The position numbers and the translations under genes were made by a program. Source: Trypanosoma brucei (lineage: Eukaryota). From it: 64,000 nt of DNA. Where the stretch lies: the NCBI GenBank assembly GCA_000002445.1, contig CH464491.1, positions 3,360,001-3,424,000 of the forward strand, in the 5' to 3' direction. This document shows, one piece after another, positions 10,501 to 20,617 of this stretch (its first letter is position 1; each line of letters begins with the position of its first letter). Below the pieces are notes generated by a model. That model was not told the DNA's origin and did not search any database. It saw only the letters and a program-made list of their open reading frames with translations.

Positions 10501-13500
10501 GGTATATATCCTCGATAGTAAACGCTCAGATGTGCATCGAGTGTAAGTGTCTTCTACTTCACGCCAACGTTTTGCGTTTCCACCGTCCGGTAAACGCGAA
10601 GAAGGCGGGGCGGAGTCACGCGGCACACTCTTCCTACCACGCAAGACAAATGCATTGCCGTCCCCGACAGTACTCGTTGAGTTGCCCGATTGCCGCGGGT
10701 GCTGCTGTCGCTCGCCCTGCCGCTGCTGCTGCACCTTCTGTAGTCGGGCTAGGATGACCTGAAGAATCTGCTCCGCAGCATTTAGAGCCTCACGACAAGC
10801 GCTGTTATTGTACGTGAGATTCATCGGGCGCTGACTCCCACGGGAACGCATCGCACGGCGGTCAGCCCCTGTTGTCGTGCCGGACGCTGGGGGCTGCGAT
10901 TGACCACCGAGGCTTCCCCAAACGTAAGCAGCTTCCTTTCCCCCAAGGACAACAAGGCACTCCGCCAGAGTGAGCTCTACACGTTGTGACAGCCGTTTTC
11001 CGTAGTACGCCGCAACCGGTTCTGGAAGACCAGAGGCCCCCGACATCAGTGAAGAAACGGTTTGCCCCACGGACGCTCCTGCTGCATCCGCTGCTGGGCG
11101 ATCATCAGACCCTGGGGAAGTAAAGCACTGCGTAATGAAAACCTGAATGCACGCCACGTTTCCAGGGCTCGTGGGGAGTTCGGTATCGTTGTATAAACCA
11201 GATTGAGATGACTCCTCCTGATGCTGCTGCTGCTGGAGTGCTTGATTATTCGGTGCTTCAGCAGCCGGCTCCGCCTGCCGGCGAGACTGCGCGCCGGTAT
11301 CTGCGCCCTTTAAACCTTTAGTAGTTTTTAACGCCTCACTCCCAGAAGCGCACAGATCAAAACTCTCCAGTGCCACACACGGCACGCGCTTACCCTGACA
11401 CACATCGCGCAGTATGCCCATAGAGGCCCGGAAGTTACCACTGTATGCAGCTGCCTTTGCCTGCAGTAGTCGAATTTCCACCGTTAGCGGCACATGACGC
11501 GTGTAGGTTCGTGCTAGGTATTCCGCCAAGCAGGCAACCATAGCAGAATACACTGGAAATTTAAATTGTAATAGCTCCCACCCCAAAAATAGCAGATGAT
11601 GTATGATTTGCGGCATCAGTGTAGTTAATGGTTCACGAAGATGTGGCAAAACTATGATGTCCTCCAGTGCGAACCCACAAAAGTCACGCAAACATTGCGG
11701 CAGACCACTGCCTGAGGACTGCTCGAAGAGGCGCTCAAGAACACGGGCAGAAAGCAAGCACGCATCCACGGCACGTTTCTGTTGCTCCCGGTAAGTGTAC
11801 ATGGCGAGAGAAGTTAGTGAGAGAATGGCCAAAAGAATGCGAGGACACCCCACAGAGGCTGCTTGGAATTCGGACCACGTATCAACCGCAGTTGAGTTAC
11901 GTAAGCTCTCGGGCACACCAAGTGCCGCATCCACTGAATCTAACCAACACCTTTCCGCCTCATCGCGCTGACGATGCAGTATGTAAATACGACCCAGTTC
12001 ATAAAGCTCCTCTGCAAGGGGTCCAAACAGGCGGCGTTGACGGAGGTACGATATAAGATTATCGTACGACCCGGTGACGTCGTGCAGTGATGTGGGTCGT
12101 GACGCGCCGTTGGTGTCGTCAGCATTAGGAGGATTCGTACCACATACCACACTGTCATCCGCTCGTACCGTGGCGCGGGGGCGCGAAGTCTCCACAAGAA
12201 CATCTGACACAAGCGAACATTCATCAGCAGAGAAGTTGAAAGATGCGTTCGGCATGGACAAAACGGACATTTTGCTGTCACCCTGGGTACCCCATGAGGG
12301 CAGCAGCGTCCGACCCAGACGCTGCATAGCACGTGAATAGGCTTCTGTTTTGGTATACCTCCTCCATGTCCAACGCGCATTTCTGGATAGCGACTTTTGC
12401 CTCGACTCGTCCCGGTACACCTCTAAGAGTTTGTCCACAGTTTCCTTTGCAATAGGTTCCCCAATCATACACTGCACGTTCAGTACAAAAGGTAACAAAT
12501 GCCTCGAAAAGGAACCGCTTGTTAACTTCTGAACTTCCTCCGCAATTTGCAGGGACGCCAGTTGACAACTGAACTGTGCACATTTCAACAGAAACACCAG
12601 TTTGTCAATGGCTGTGCCCATAGGTATTGTGTAACCAAGACGCTTCGCGGCAAGCTCCATACCATTGGGGTCTTCGAAAGAAATTGGCTTCGTGATACAC
12701 CTCACGGTGCCAGCTTCCTCAGTCTTCTTCCTCCGCTTCTTCGACACTCTCGCCTCCCATTGCTGCCGCTGGACCACGGCCGTATCGTACGCGCACTTCC
12801 TTTCCTCAGCTTCTTGCTCAAGTAGGCTGCAGTCAACTTCCAACTCACGAAGGAAGTAACCCACATCCGGTATTACATCCACCCACATCTCCATCAACGA
12901 ACTCAACTGCAATGAGGACTGCCATTGAATCCTCGTACGCTCAAAACTCTCCCTCGCACATACCTCGTGTGTCTGATAAAGCAGCGAATGGCCCCTCTTC
13001 CGCTGTTCCACGTCACGAGCATGCTCAAGGTAAGCCTCTTCATATTGACCTGCGGGAGAGAAAAGGGAAAAAAGGGAGGGAACGCGTCCCTGAAATGGTA
13101 GCTGCTCATCCAGCAGCACATCGCGTCTGACTTTAACGGCATTCGGTTGTACGATCCCCAGGTCACGGCGATAGTCTACATACCCTTCCCATAGCAGAAG
13201 CAACGTTCTCTGCATCGTTTGTGCAAGGGGGCATATGTACGGTCCAAGGGCAACCAGCTTTTCGCGGGAACGAGGACCCGTGCGCATAACGGAAGCTCGT
13301 TGCTCCGTAGCTGAAAGTGTCCCCACAAATCGGTACAGGCGCGGATCAATGAAGCCGTCCGCGGCATCGCTAGAGTATGTCCCACCGCACGAAGGTGAAC
13401 CCCGGCCACCGGCGTCCTCAGCGAGTGTCTGCTGCGCGTCGTTCAGTGGCTGCACGTCTGCGGGATCGTCGCATACAAACGTGCGAATCCCGTCGACCGC

Positions 13501-16500
13501 AAGTAGAACCACCTGGAACGCTTGAGCTGGTAAACCGCAACGGTTGAACAACCTAGCAGACCGCATAGCGTGCGACAAAAACCTCTCTTCCTCATCTCCT
13601 TCATCCAATGCTGTCCCTTGCACGGCACGCTTACCCTTTGGCATGTCCTCAGTCAAAGCTGACACGGACTCGTCAACACCTCCCTTCACTTTGCTCGCGC
13701 GGCGGGAAACCTTCCCAGACGTATCTAATGTGGCTTTCTCTTGGAGCACCTGGCATTGCTCCAACTGCAGTAGTGACATCTTCTCCAGGAAAAAATACAG
13801 CTTCGCTGTGAAAGGAACGCAAAACTGCATGATACGGGCCCTCAGCCACCGTGCAATCTGTCGTCTCCACACCCAGGCAAACCCACGGGTGAGTTGTCGC
13901 AATGTTTCCTTCTCAACAGGTGACCATTCTCCCTCCGCTGTATTACTAACAATATGTTGTCCCAGTTCATTTATAGGCGCAACCTGAGCCCTCGCATCCT
14001 CGGCCGCCAACTCTTTTGCACTCTCCAGTGCGGTCGGGTTATCAGTCGTCGATGCATCGACTGAGGAAGTACCCTTCAACTGTATGTGCAAGTACCCTTC
14101 TCGGCGGAGCCAGCTCCTCATGCTTTCAATCAATCCATTCTGGTGCTCGTTAATAAGGGTGCGGATATCCTTAAGGCGCTTTAATGTATCCAGTGCCAGC
14201 CGTCGCGCATTCACGACATCACCTTGCTCCATCAGGCTCTCTACGACATATGCAGCTGTCCGCGCGTACATGGGATGATCGCACACCTGATGGAGCCGTT
14301 CGATGGCTAGCTGCGCTGATCGACTGTGCACTGCTCGGACCACCTCCAACAACCATGGCGGAATACCTTCTAATACCACGCAGTTGGGCGTCGCAGCCAA
14401 CACCGAGTCGAGTGCTTTGTCGCATGAAGAGAAGACTTTTCTCAAGGAGCCGGCAACCTGAGCAGGCACTTTGAAAAGAATCTCCCCCAGGAGCTCCACA
14501 TATTCGATGGGTACGCAGTCGTCGACGATGTCGTCTAACATTACGTACGAGCTTCCGGGAAATGTCGAAACACCGGCAGCGCACTCAGCAGGGGCGCCGG
14601 TTGTCTGGGATGGTGCCGCAGAGCCCACCCTGGAGCCGCGGCGAAGGCGAGATGAAGTCCCGCGCGAGGCGTTTTCGCCTCGGTTGCCTGGAGCTGGTGT
14701 CCCCTGCGTACCTTCGGGAGCGCTTCCCTTTGAATTCACGACGCGCTGCACTCTGCGCGCACTGCAGCGAATTCGGTGTCTGTGACGGCGCTGCCGCAAG
14801 TTAGGAGCGTTGTATACATCGTTCCATACACGCTCAAATGCCTGAAGAAGAAGCTCATACCACCCAGCGATGGTCGAAGGAAGGTCAGATAAATCCTCAG
14901 AACAGCGCTCGGGCGACACTACCGGGGCCCCTGCAGGGGTTGTTGCTCCCGCCTGTTGCCCCACAATTTGGTCCTTGCTGTTAGTATCAGCATGCAAATT
15001 GGCGCAAGGGGCAGAACAGGGCATAGAAGCCATCCTTCGTATCGTAAGGAGTAATGCACCAAGAACGCGAACCGCCAACAACTGCACGTCCGGATCATCA
15101 GACGTGGAGGTGGGATGTAACAACAGGATCTTACACAATGTGCCGAGCGGCCGCAGCACAACAGGACAGTAATTGTCGTCCACAAGTGTTGGAAGGAGGG
15201 CGTTGAACAACTCGAAGGCACAGCGCATCATACGTCCATAATCTTTAACGCGGAACGCAAGCTCCATGACAAACCGAATTCGGTATGCGCAGCGCATATA
15301 TACAACTTGAGTCTCCTGCAACTTATAACGTTTTGGGAAAGGCACCTCGACCAACATGCTGTGCTCAGTAAAAGGCATGAGCCCTGTGGTACAAAAGTTT
15401 TTGTAAGCGTGGCCTTTCATATCGCCCACAGACATCCAAAGAATAGCCGAAACAAGCGCTCGCAGTTGCAATGGTGATGACGCAGACAAGATTTCCTCGC
15501 TCGGTTGGAACTCTAGGGGGCTTATGATGGTGTTACCATCCCCAGTTGGTGAGGGAGAGCGACGCGAACCCTCCGCGGTGACGGTAGCTGCTTCCCTAGT
15601 AATTGTACCGACGCTCCGTGACGCCGCTGAGTCTCGGAGACATGGCGCATTGCTCTTATCACACAAAAAAGCTGCGTGCAGTACATCCCTTGACTTCTCC
15701 ATCCACTCCGTAAATCCTAGCTTCCCACATATGGTCACGGCGTAGCACCAAATCATGAGAGGAGAGTACGCACTCCCCTCGCGCGGGGCCAGTTTGTCAA
15801 CCCCAAAACTCCCATTTGATCCACTCCACTCGGGACGACACAGCAGATGAAAAGCCTCTTCTAGCATTTCCCGCTGTACCTTCCGCCGGGGTTGATGGGA
15901 TGCCAAACACAACAAGACAAGCGCTAGTAGTAATGCGTCCGAACTCTCCCGCGCCCACGCAACAAGCCGTTTCCTCTCTCGCTCATTGGTATCCAAAAAC
16001 TGTGGTTCCTCCTGGATAAGTGACTTTAGAATATTCTTCTCCTTCAGCGTAACGGCGCCATAAATATTAGCCTTCGCCTGGCGCTCCTTAATTCGTGTGA
16101 CGTCCTCTCTGTGCCTTTCAATAGCTGCAAAAGATTGTTGATACAAACTAGCACACCAACACAGTTCGATTCGACAACGCATTAAATCAGTCCTTATATC
16201 ACGCACCTCCTGCTCACCACTAGCCACCAACGCAGACACATGCGACCCTAAACCTAATCTAGCACCAGTATCAACCCCTGCAACCTGTGCGGAGTTATGC
16301 ATATCCAACAGATGCGTCGCACTGGAAAGCCACCTCAACGCAATATTAATGGCAGAAATCCCTAGCATGGCGTGGTGATGCTTTTTGCGAAATACGCAGG
16401 CGGAGTCCACACCCTTTGGGAGCCCATCTACCGATCCACCAACCTCCCCTCCTTGATGCGATGTCGGTGATGCCGATCCCGCAGCTGCCTCCCCTGAAAC

Positions 16501-19491
16501 CGCATTTCCATCATTGTCGTCACCGGCCCCTTGGGCACCAACAACTTTCTCTTTAACTACTTCTACCTCCGCCACAACCTCTTTTGCATATCTCAGAACA
16601 AGTTCGCTAAAGTCGACAGCGCTTGTCAGCCCACTACTCGCCTTCACATCCAAGTATGTGCATATGATCTCGTGATACAACTCCACCGGGTCCTTATCCA
16701 GTTGGTGCCCCGATGCGACACTCACCCCATTGCCATCACGCAAGAGGGGCGCTGACCTTGTCACAACTGGAAGCTTGCTGGGGGAGTAGCGGGCCATACG
16801 GTGGAGTAAAAACTCCGCGCCACGCTCCAGCAGTTGCTGACAGACTACCCGCACGGACTCCGACACCGCTGTGGTTGAACTCAGCAGAGGTGGGTACAAA
16901 ACAGAGGATGACGTCATGGAGGGAGAGGCAGAGGACAAGCCGTCAACGGGGGCACCGAAGGCCACAGCGATAGCACTGTCGTTATTATTACTGTTGGATA
17001 CACTAATCAACAGAGGCCCTTTACACTGCTCCAACAGCCTCCTGAGATGCTCAGCGACGGGAAAGATACTGTAAATATCTTCCAAAGAATGTCGATCAGC
17101 ACCACTTTCAGCTGCTCCACACCCGCGCACCCTTCGCATGTGCCGAAGGATGTGTAAAGAAGCGGTGAATACATTTGCTAAAGCCCACACGGGTGATCGC
17201 GAGTGCCGTCCACCCACCTTTCCGCTTTCAGGCGATGGTGAAACTGGGCGCGAAGCCAACCCCTCATCACTTTCACCGAGTTTCCGCCACAATAGACTAG
17301 TGGAGCAGATGCAAAGCCGCCCATACAAATCGACATCCGGGGCATCATACAACACGCAATGAAGCAACAATGCTGTAGCGATGCTCTCTTCCTCCGTTTC
17401 CGTTAAGCGGGAGATCGATCGTCCATCACGCTGCTCCTCGTTTCCATGAAAGAGGAAAGGACCTGGTGGCTTTGGGTACCCAATTTCACAGAGCAGGGCC
17501 TCCAGGGTAATACTCCCAAGCAGTACATCGTCTTCGACAACACTGAACTCTTGGGGCACAACATTCCCTTCACGGCCCTTCCGACGGGGCGCAGCACTCT
17601 TCTTCCCCGTAGACTTTGTGGCGGGCGCATCCACAGCGAACGCATTATTTGCGGCTTTAGTCGTTTCAGAGCTATCAAAACCCTCTAGCCGGCATCGTTC
17701 CGCGATTGTAGGGTTTTCCTTCAGATAATTGCGCACCGCGTGACGCGCCAAAAATTCGAGTGCCGAAGTCGCCCACAAGTGCAACTTACCCATGAATGTG
17801 CTCGGATCAAATGCAGCATCACCAAGTTGATCGGTTCTACTTCTTGGTCGTGTCGTAGGGGGTATTGAAGTGATGGCCACAGCGAGCAAGAAACGCATTA
17901 GAGGGCCCCGAGCTCTCTCAACCAACCTTGTCTTTTTCAACGCATCCATGTTGCGGCGATCCCTTGATTTTTGCTGTTGCTTGGCCTTATTAAGGCGATA
18001 CCCTGCTCCTCCAACGAGTGCGGCAGACACCTCCGAGGCAGTTGGCAACTCCACTCTCATCAGTGTCTGCCATGCCTTGTCAAGCACATCAAGTCCACTG
18101 CAGGGAAGGTCACCGTTATACGCTTCAGAACCATCACGAACAGTAGAATCTCCAACACTTGGCACCTGTTTGGTGCCATGCGCCCCATCTCCAGCTCCAC
18201 CGACACTCGGTTGTGGAGGTGAATACCTTTCCGCGCCTGATCCATTCACGTACCAAGTGTACCTCAACACAGTGAGGTGGACATTGTACAAAGCCACGAG
18301 CAGAATCTCCCTGGTTTCCTCTGAAGGCCCAACCCCGTCTACAAACTCAAGTTCCACAAGTTCCCGTACCTTCACCAGCGTGCGCTGCGCTTGGTGCAAC
18401 GCTTCCTCATACATCCCTTGCCGTTCATAACAATTGCATAAAAGCTCATATAGTCGCACGCGCCAAAGCAAGTAGCGCGAAGTTGAGAGCTTGAGTGTCC
18501 CCGACTCACATACCTCGATGCAGTACGCAGTAGAACGTGCAATAACCGGCATTACCACCGCAGTGCTCCCACTTGCGAAACGCATCAAATGCAGGCACAT
18601 TTCATATATCATGACGGTGGCGTTGAACAGGACAAAGTAGTTCAAATCCGCCTCCACGTCACAAGCGGAAACAAGCCTATGGACTACATTCTCTAAACAC
18701 GACGTCGCTTGCTGTAAAACACCGGGGCGGCACCGGAACGAAGAGGCGCCGGTGAAAAGCCGAAAAAACTGGCATGCTTGAGTAAGCAACTCGTACTGCA
18801 CAACGACGCGCCAAGCGTCAGTAAACTTCGCCCGCCTCTCTTGATCAACCTCCTTTGAGACAAACCGCAGACTGCGCCTGCCGGCCGTGGGTGTCTCTCC
18901 CTCAGTTTGCAAAAGGCGACCAAACGCTGTGGTTTTCCTGGCGCTTTTTGATATTGCTGAGACTGTGCCCGCTACGGCGCAAGCATCGCGCAGCGTTGTA
19001 TTCACATCCTTCTCGATAGACTTGAGACAAATATTCATCGCATCATCGTATAAACCACGCGACACAAGGAAGTACGCAGCGAAGATGCACTCCTCCGCGT
19101 ACTGGACAGTAACGTCGAACGCTGGGTGACGGTCACGTCGGTCGGCATGCAGACCTGCCACAATAAAAGACTTTCTGCCTTCCCCCTTTGCAGCCGGAGA
19201 CGTCTGGCTTGCTGCTTGCGGCGACAGGCTGGGTGGCCCACCTCCATACCTTCTGCTGGCGTTACTCCTGTTAAAAGAAGCAATGCTACAAGCCGCTCGA
19301 CTACGTATACTCCCCGTGGGGCTGCAAAAGGCACCGCCCATGGCGATATTGCGCTTTCTACTGTCAAGAAGTTGCTCAAGAAAAACACGATTCCGCCGTA
19401 TATCGGACGATTGCGTCGCAGCGTCCTGTTGAAGCGCAAAGTACCGCAGTTTCTGGTGGAAACTAATGTGGTATTCATCGTTCGCTGTCAT
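7600..19491 (-). CDS. Giant hypothetical protein, ~3963 aa, uninterrupted ORF with no recognisable catalytic motif
   Basis: An 11.9-kb open frame. The ORF-track start at 19509 is a GTG. The first ATG (MTANDEYHISF...) is at 19491. Alanine/serine/leucine-rich and probably largely helical. All plus-strand ORFs inside it are short. Confidence 0.75.
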   Translation of the reverse strand: MTANDEYHISFHQKLRYFALQQDAATQSSDIRRNRVFLEQLLDSRKRNIAMGGAFCSPTGSIRSRAACSIASFNRSNASRRYGGGPPSLSPQAASQTSPAAKGEGRKSFIVAGLHADRRDRHPAFDVTVQYAEECIFAAYFLVSRGLYDDAMNICLKSIEKDVNTTLRDACAVAGTVSAISKSARKTTAFGRLLQTEGETPTAGRRSLRFVSKEVDQERRAKFTDAWRVVVQYELLTQACQFFRLFTGASSFRCRPGVLQQATSCLENVVHRLVSACDVEADLNYFVLFNATVMIYEMCLHLMRFASGSTAVVMPVIARSTAYCIEVCESGTLKLSTSRYLLWRVRLYELLCNCYERQGMYEEALHQAQRTLVKVRELVELEFVDGVGPSEETREILLVALYNVHLTVLRYTWYVNGSGAERYSPPQPSVGGAGDGAHGTKQVPSVGDSTVRDGSEAYNGDLPCSGLDVLDKAWQTLMRVELPTASEVSAALVGGAGYRLNKAKQQQKSRDRRNMDALKKTRLVERARGPLMRFLLAVAITSIPPTTRPRSRTDQLGDAAFDPSTFMGKLHLWATSALEFLARHAVRNYLKENPTIAERCRLEGFDSSETTKAANNAFAVDAPATKSTGKKSAAPRRKGREGNVVPQEFSVVEDDVLLGSITLEALLCEIGYPKPPGPFLFHGNEEQRDGRSISRLTETEEESIATALLLHCVLYDAPDVDLYGRLCICSTSLLWRKLGESDEGLASRPVSPSPESGKVGGRHSRSPVWALANVFTASLHILRHMRRVRGCGAAESGADRHSLEDIYSIFPVAEHLRRLLEQCKGPLLISVSNSNNNDSAIAVAFGAPVDGLSSASPSMTSSSVLYPPLLSSTTAVSESVRVVCQQLLERGAEFLLHRMARYSPSKLPVVTRSAPLLRDGNGVSVASGHQLDKDPVELYHEIICTYLDVKASSGLTSAVDFSELVLRYAKEVVAEVEVVKEKVVGAQGAGDDNDGNAVSGEAAAGSASPTSHQGGEVGGSVDGLPKGVDSACVFRKKHHHAMLGISAINIALRWLSSATHLLDMHNSAQVAGVDTGARLGLGSHVSALVASGEQEVRDIRTDLMRCRIELCWCASLYQQSFAAIERHREDVTRIKERQAKANIYGAVTLKEKNILKSLIQEEPQFLDTNERERKRLVAWARESSDALLLALVLLCLASHQPRRKVQREMLEEAFHLLCRPEWSGSNGSFGVDKLAPREGSAYSPLMIWCYAVTICGKLGFTEWMEKSRDVLHAAFLCDKSNAPCLRDSAASRSVGTITREAATVTAEGSRRSPSPTGDGNTIISPLEFQPSEEILSASSPLQLRALVSAILWMSVGDMKGHAYKNFCTTGLMPFTEHSMLVEVPFPKRYKLQETQVVYMRCAYRIRFVMELAFRVKDYGRMMRCAFELFNALLPTLVDDNYCPVVLRPLGTLCKILLLHPTSTSDDPDVQLLAVRVLGALLLTIRRMASMPCSAPCANLHADTNSKDQIVGQQAGATTPAGAPVVSPERCSEDLSDLPSTIAGWYELLLQAFERVWNDVYNAPNLRQRRHRHRIRCSARRVQRVVNSKGSAPEGTQGTPAPGNRGENASRGTSSRLRRGSRVGSAAPSQTTGAPAECAAGVSTFPGSSYVMLDDIVDDCVPIEYVELLGEILFKVPAQVAGSLRKVFSSCDKALDSVLAATPNCVVLEGIPPWLLEVVRAVHSRSAQLAIERLHQVCDHPMYARTAAYVVESLMEQGDVVNARRLALDTLKRLKDIRTLINEHQNGLIESMRSWLRREGYLHIQLKGTSSVDASTTDNPTALESAKELAAEDARAQVAPINELGQHIVSNTAEGEWSPVEKETLRQLTRGFAWVWRRQIARWLRARIMQFCVPFTAKLYFFLEKMSLLQLEQCQVLQEKATLDTSGKVSRRASKVKGGVDESVSALTEDMPKGKRAVQGTALDEGDEEERFLSHAMRSARLFNRCGLPAQAFQVVLLAVDGIRTFVCDDPADVQPLNDAQQTLAEDAGGRGSPSCGGTYSSDAADGFIDPRLYRFVGTLSATEQRASVMRTGPRSREKLVALGPYICPLAQTMQRTLLLLWEGYVDYRRDLGIVQPNAVKVRRDVLLDEQLPFQGRVPSLFSLFSPAGQYEEAYLEHARDVEQRKRGHSLLYQTHEVCARESFERTRIQWQSSLQLSSLMEMWVDVIPDVGYFLRELEVDCSLLEQEAEERKCAYDTAVVQRQQWEARVSKKRRKKTEEAGTVRCITKPISFEDPNGMELAAKRLGYTIPMGTAIDKLVFLLKCAQFSCQLASLQIAEEVQKLTSGSFSRHLLPFVLNVQCMIGEPIAKETVDKLLEVYRDESRQKSLSRNARWTWRRYTKTEAYSRAMQRLGRTLLPSWGTQGDSKMSVLSMPNASFNFSADECSLVSDVLVETSRPRATVRADDSVVCGTNPPNADDTNGASRPTSLHDVTGSYDNLISYLRQRRLFGPLAEELYELGRIYILHRQRDEAERCWLDSVDAALGVPESLRNSTAVDTWSEFQAASVGCPRILLAILSLTSLAMYTYREQQKRAVDACLLSARVLERLFEQSSGSGLPQCLRDFCGFALEDIIVLPHLREPLTTLMPQIIHHLLFLGWELLQFKFPVYSAMVACLAEYLARTYTRHVPLTVEIRLLQAKAAAYSGNFRASMGILRDVCQGKRVPCVALESFDLCASGSEALKTTKGLKGADTGAQSRRQAEPAAEAPNNQALQQQQHQEESSQSGLYNDTELPTSPGNVACIQVFITQCFTSPGSDDRPAADAAGASVGQTVSSLMSGASGLPEPVAAYYGKRLSQRVELTLAECLVVLGGKEAAYVWGSLGGQSQPPASGTTTGADRRAMRSRGSQRPMNLTYNNSACREALNAAEQILQVILARLQKVQQQRQGERQQHPRQSGNSTSTVGDGNAFVLRGRKSVPRDSAPPSSRLPDGGNAKRWREVEDTYTRCTSERLLSRIYTVRGESMKALGLLKGLVRSFENGGSFVCNIPHVPSFLWTVGTHNFWCEVYELMTQNHVRLLEYSVAQKVVDHALALCEQCGDSYSARVFSLYRATISMRTGTASDAEETLNGLLDVSRSLVCDSRMDLFHPWTILALEALRREKQCKESQKGSTSSIDLLEGAVLNLQEYSQVHSLLPLTFCFNERKQDDSREVTKRENRREVLWKQLAPLPWSTDAVYVHRAVNTLAEEHIRVGLLDQAEHLLQDVILSVASRYDTAAHPTALIESHFMLARLLCLRNPSLITARQEENPLQQQRKGGETMGGAPVTVMAHEMSSEEEMIASLEPYRQNPVRLLMSVVKQVVSVGIHDYNILRVALLLLSALFSHAGRAFCIVAANCAVLAKLVADMKFHVFSGTSVFSLYGDDAISLGTDVVFAESVTAYIHYQQRNVGNVMEKEGPGWDNAAGGGGSLPPSGPSHPRTRDDRERAAQRNNVSLPAVVSAFAALHRERSLDCLLPPQESLDLELALQHVRSFLQTRTAPLSCSYLWHSEGALESILKQQASSATRPGGAFRTQRTGASTATVIGDDNASPAGFLPPVIIDALPSLLSPQTLQQLHVPRANTVICNTFQYESASADPVAYNENMSIRAASPRCGQGANGGGAACKQAEPVSTLKFVLVVSPANDPAATQPPSVAEKPYHPTKKTARATNKGMTHSLAASTGEGPRWVDAGSIFNMWNSTQCVVFDCPVAEMRQLQAQAAHTLLLMQSPAPSLPLAKAPPGVEGAVDEEDIAAGAALTQQLNEVLSVLFTKLAPPTTGRKAMRAPMTVEGLLSGASNLNATPFGNNSGAVGASGNHGNPWGGRAAIVGAGATDKVASGTAPGYKEKGADDGCDESDEVSPVDEAKSKLVADFIQMIVASIIPRAVVDDALMERNVQMLMPRCAVTVDVVRFLMAVTSNDGHGMSSFNPGLHDWFSRIAAFGSGQVVR

Positions 19492-20617
19492 TGTATAACT
19501 CCTTCGCACTACTTCTGCCTGTTGTTGCCGTGCCCGCCGGCCGTTGTTGCTCTCTGATTTTCTCCTTCAGTGTCTTTCTTTTACACCACTTCCTTTGAAA
19601 CAGAGGGATATATGAGAGTGATTCGAAGGAAAAAAACAGAGGTAAGACAAATGTCATTGAAAGTTAGTGAAGGTTAAAGGAGTGAAAACAAAAAAACTAT
19701 TGATTCTAACCGCCTGGCGTCGAGGAACCAGCACGTAATGGCTAGCAGTCGTTACAAAAAAAAAAAGAAAGACAAAAAACACCTGTGGGAGTTAGTTTGT
19801 GTTGGGTCCTCCACATGTCCAACCGGTCATCAATCGGCTTTATTTTAACGGCGGGTTCAAGGGTAACAAAAAGGGAGGCAAGTGGGAGGTTTACCTCAAC
19901 TAGCCAAGTTTCTGCGGTTTACTGCTGCTGCCATGTAAAGTTGTGTCGTTCCGGAGGTCCGTTACCTTTGTTGACCGCTGACGCTCTAATATTACATTAC
20001 TGTTACGGCAACTAACGGTCACTCACATGCAACACGCGGCAATAAGGCACGACGCCAACCGAGGAAAACAGAGACACACACATATTCATTTGTCATCTTA
20101 CCCATTTATAATACCCGCCTCGGTGCCTGCTGTCCCAAGTATAAACACACGAGAGGGGCACACAGGAAGATGCTCCGTGGGCGGGCGGTGATGGTAATTT
20201 AAAAAAAAAAAGTAACAACAACAATAATAATATGGACTGAAGGTGAATAACAACAACTGTAGAAAGTTAAAATATATACACATATGTGCATATAATGGTG
20301 CAGACAGATAAAATAATGACGATAAATGCGGTATGGGGAAACGATAAGAAGACCAAAAAGGAAGAACACCCATGCCAATTAACCATATAAAAATTTTTCC
20401 CCAAACACCCTCCCCTTATGTCCCTTTACCACCCCTCCTCGTCGCTTTTTGTTTTTTTTGCCATGCGTCTTGTCGCTGTTAGCCCCCACACAAACACACA
20501 CGCCAGCTCCTTCACCCTCTTTCGCGTTTCGCCTCCCTTGACTATTACCCTTCTACCTCATTTTCTGTGAAACACATCCTACCTTAGCTCCACAAGTTTC
20601 AGCTATTCCTTACCTAC

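Noticed and set aside
7860-19129. Numerous 60-150-aa ORFs on both strands inside the giant gene
   Set aside because: They are nested within a single uninterrupted 11.9-kb reading frame. They are typical chance ORFs in alternate frames of GC-balanced coding DNA.
19492-19509. N-terminal extensions in the supplied ORF track (for example MRRSYT before MTANDEY, MYTLAHSEALSIAI before MQTERG, and [10 protein letters not shown] before MQIFVKT)
   Set aside because: Checking the DNA shows these start at GTG or TTG codons, which are prokaryotic-style alternative starts. Trypanosome genes use ATG, so starts were re-set to the first in-frame ATG.
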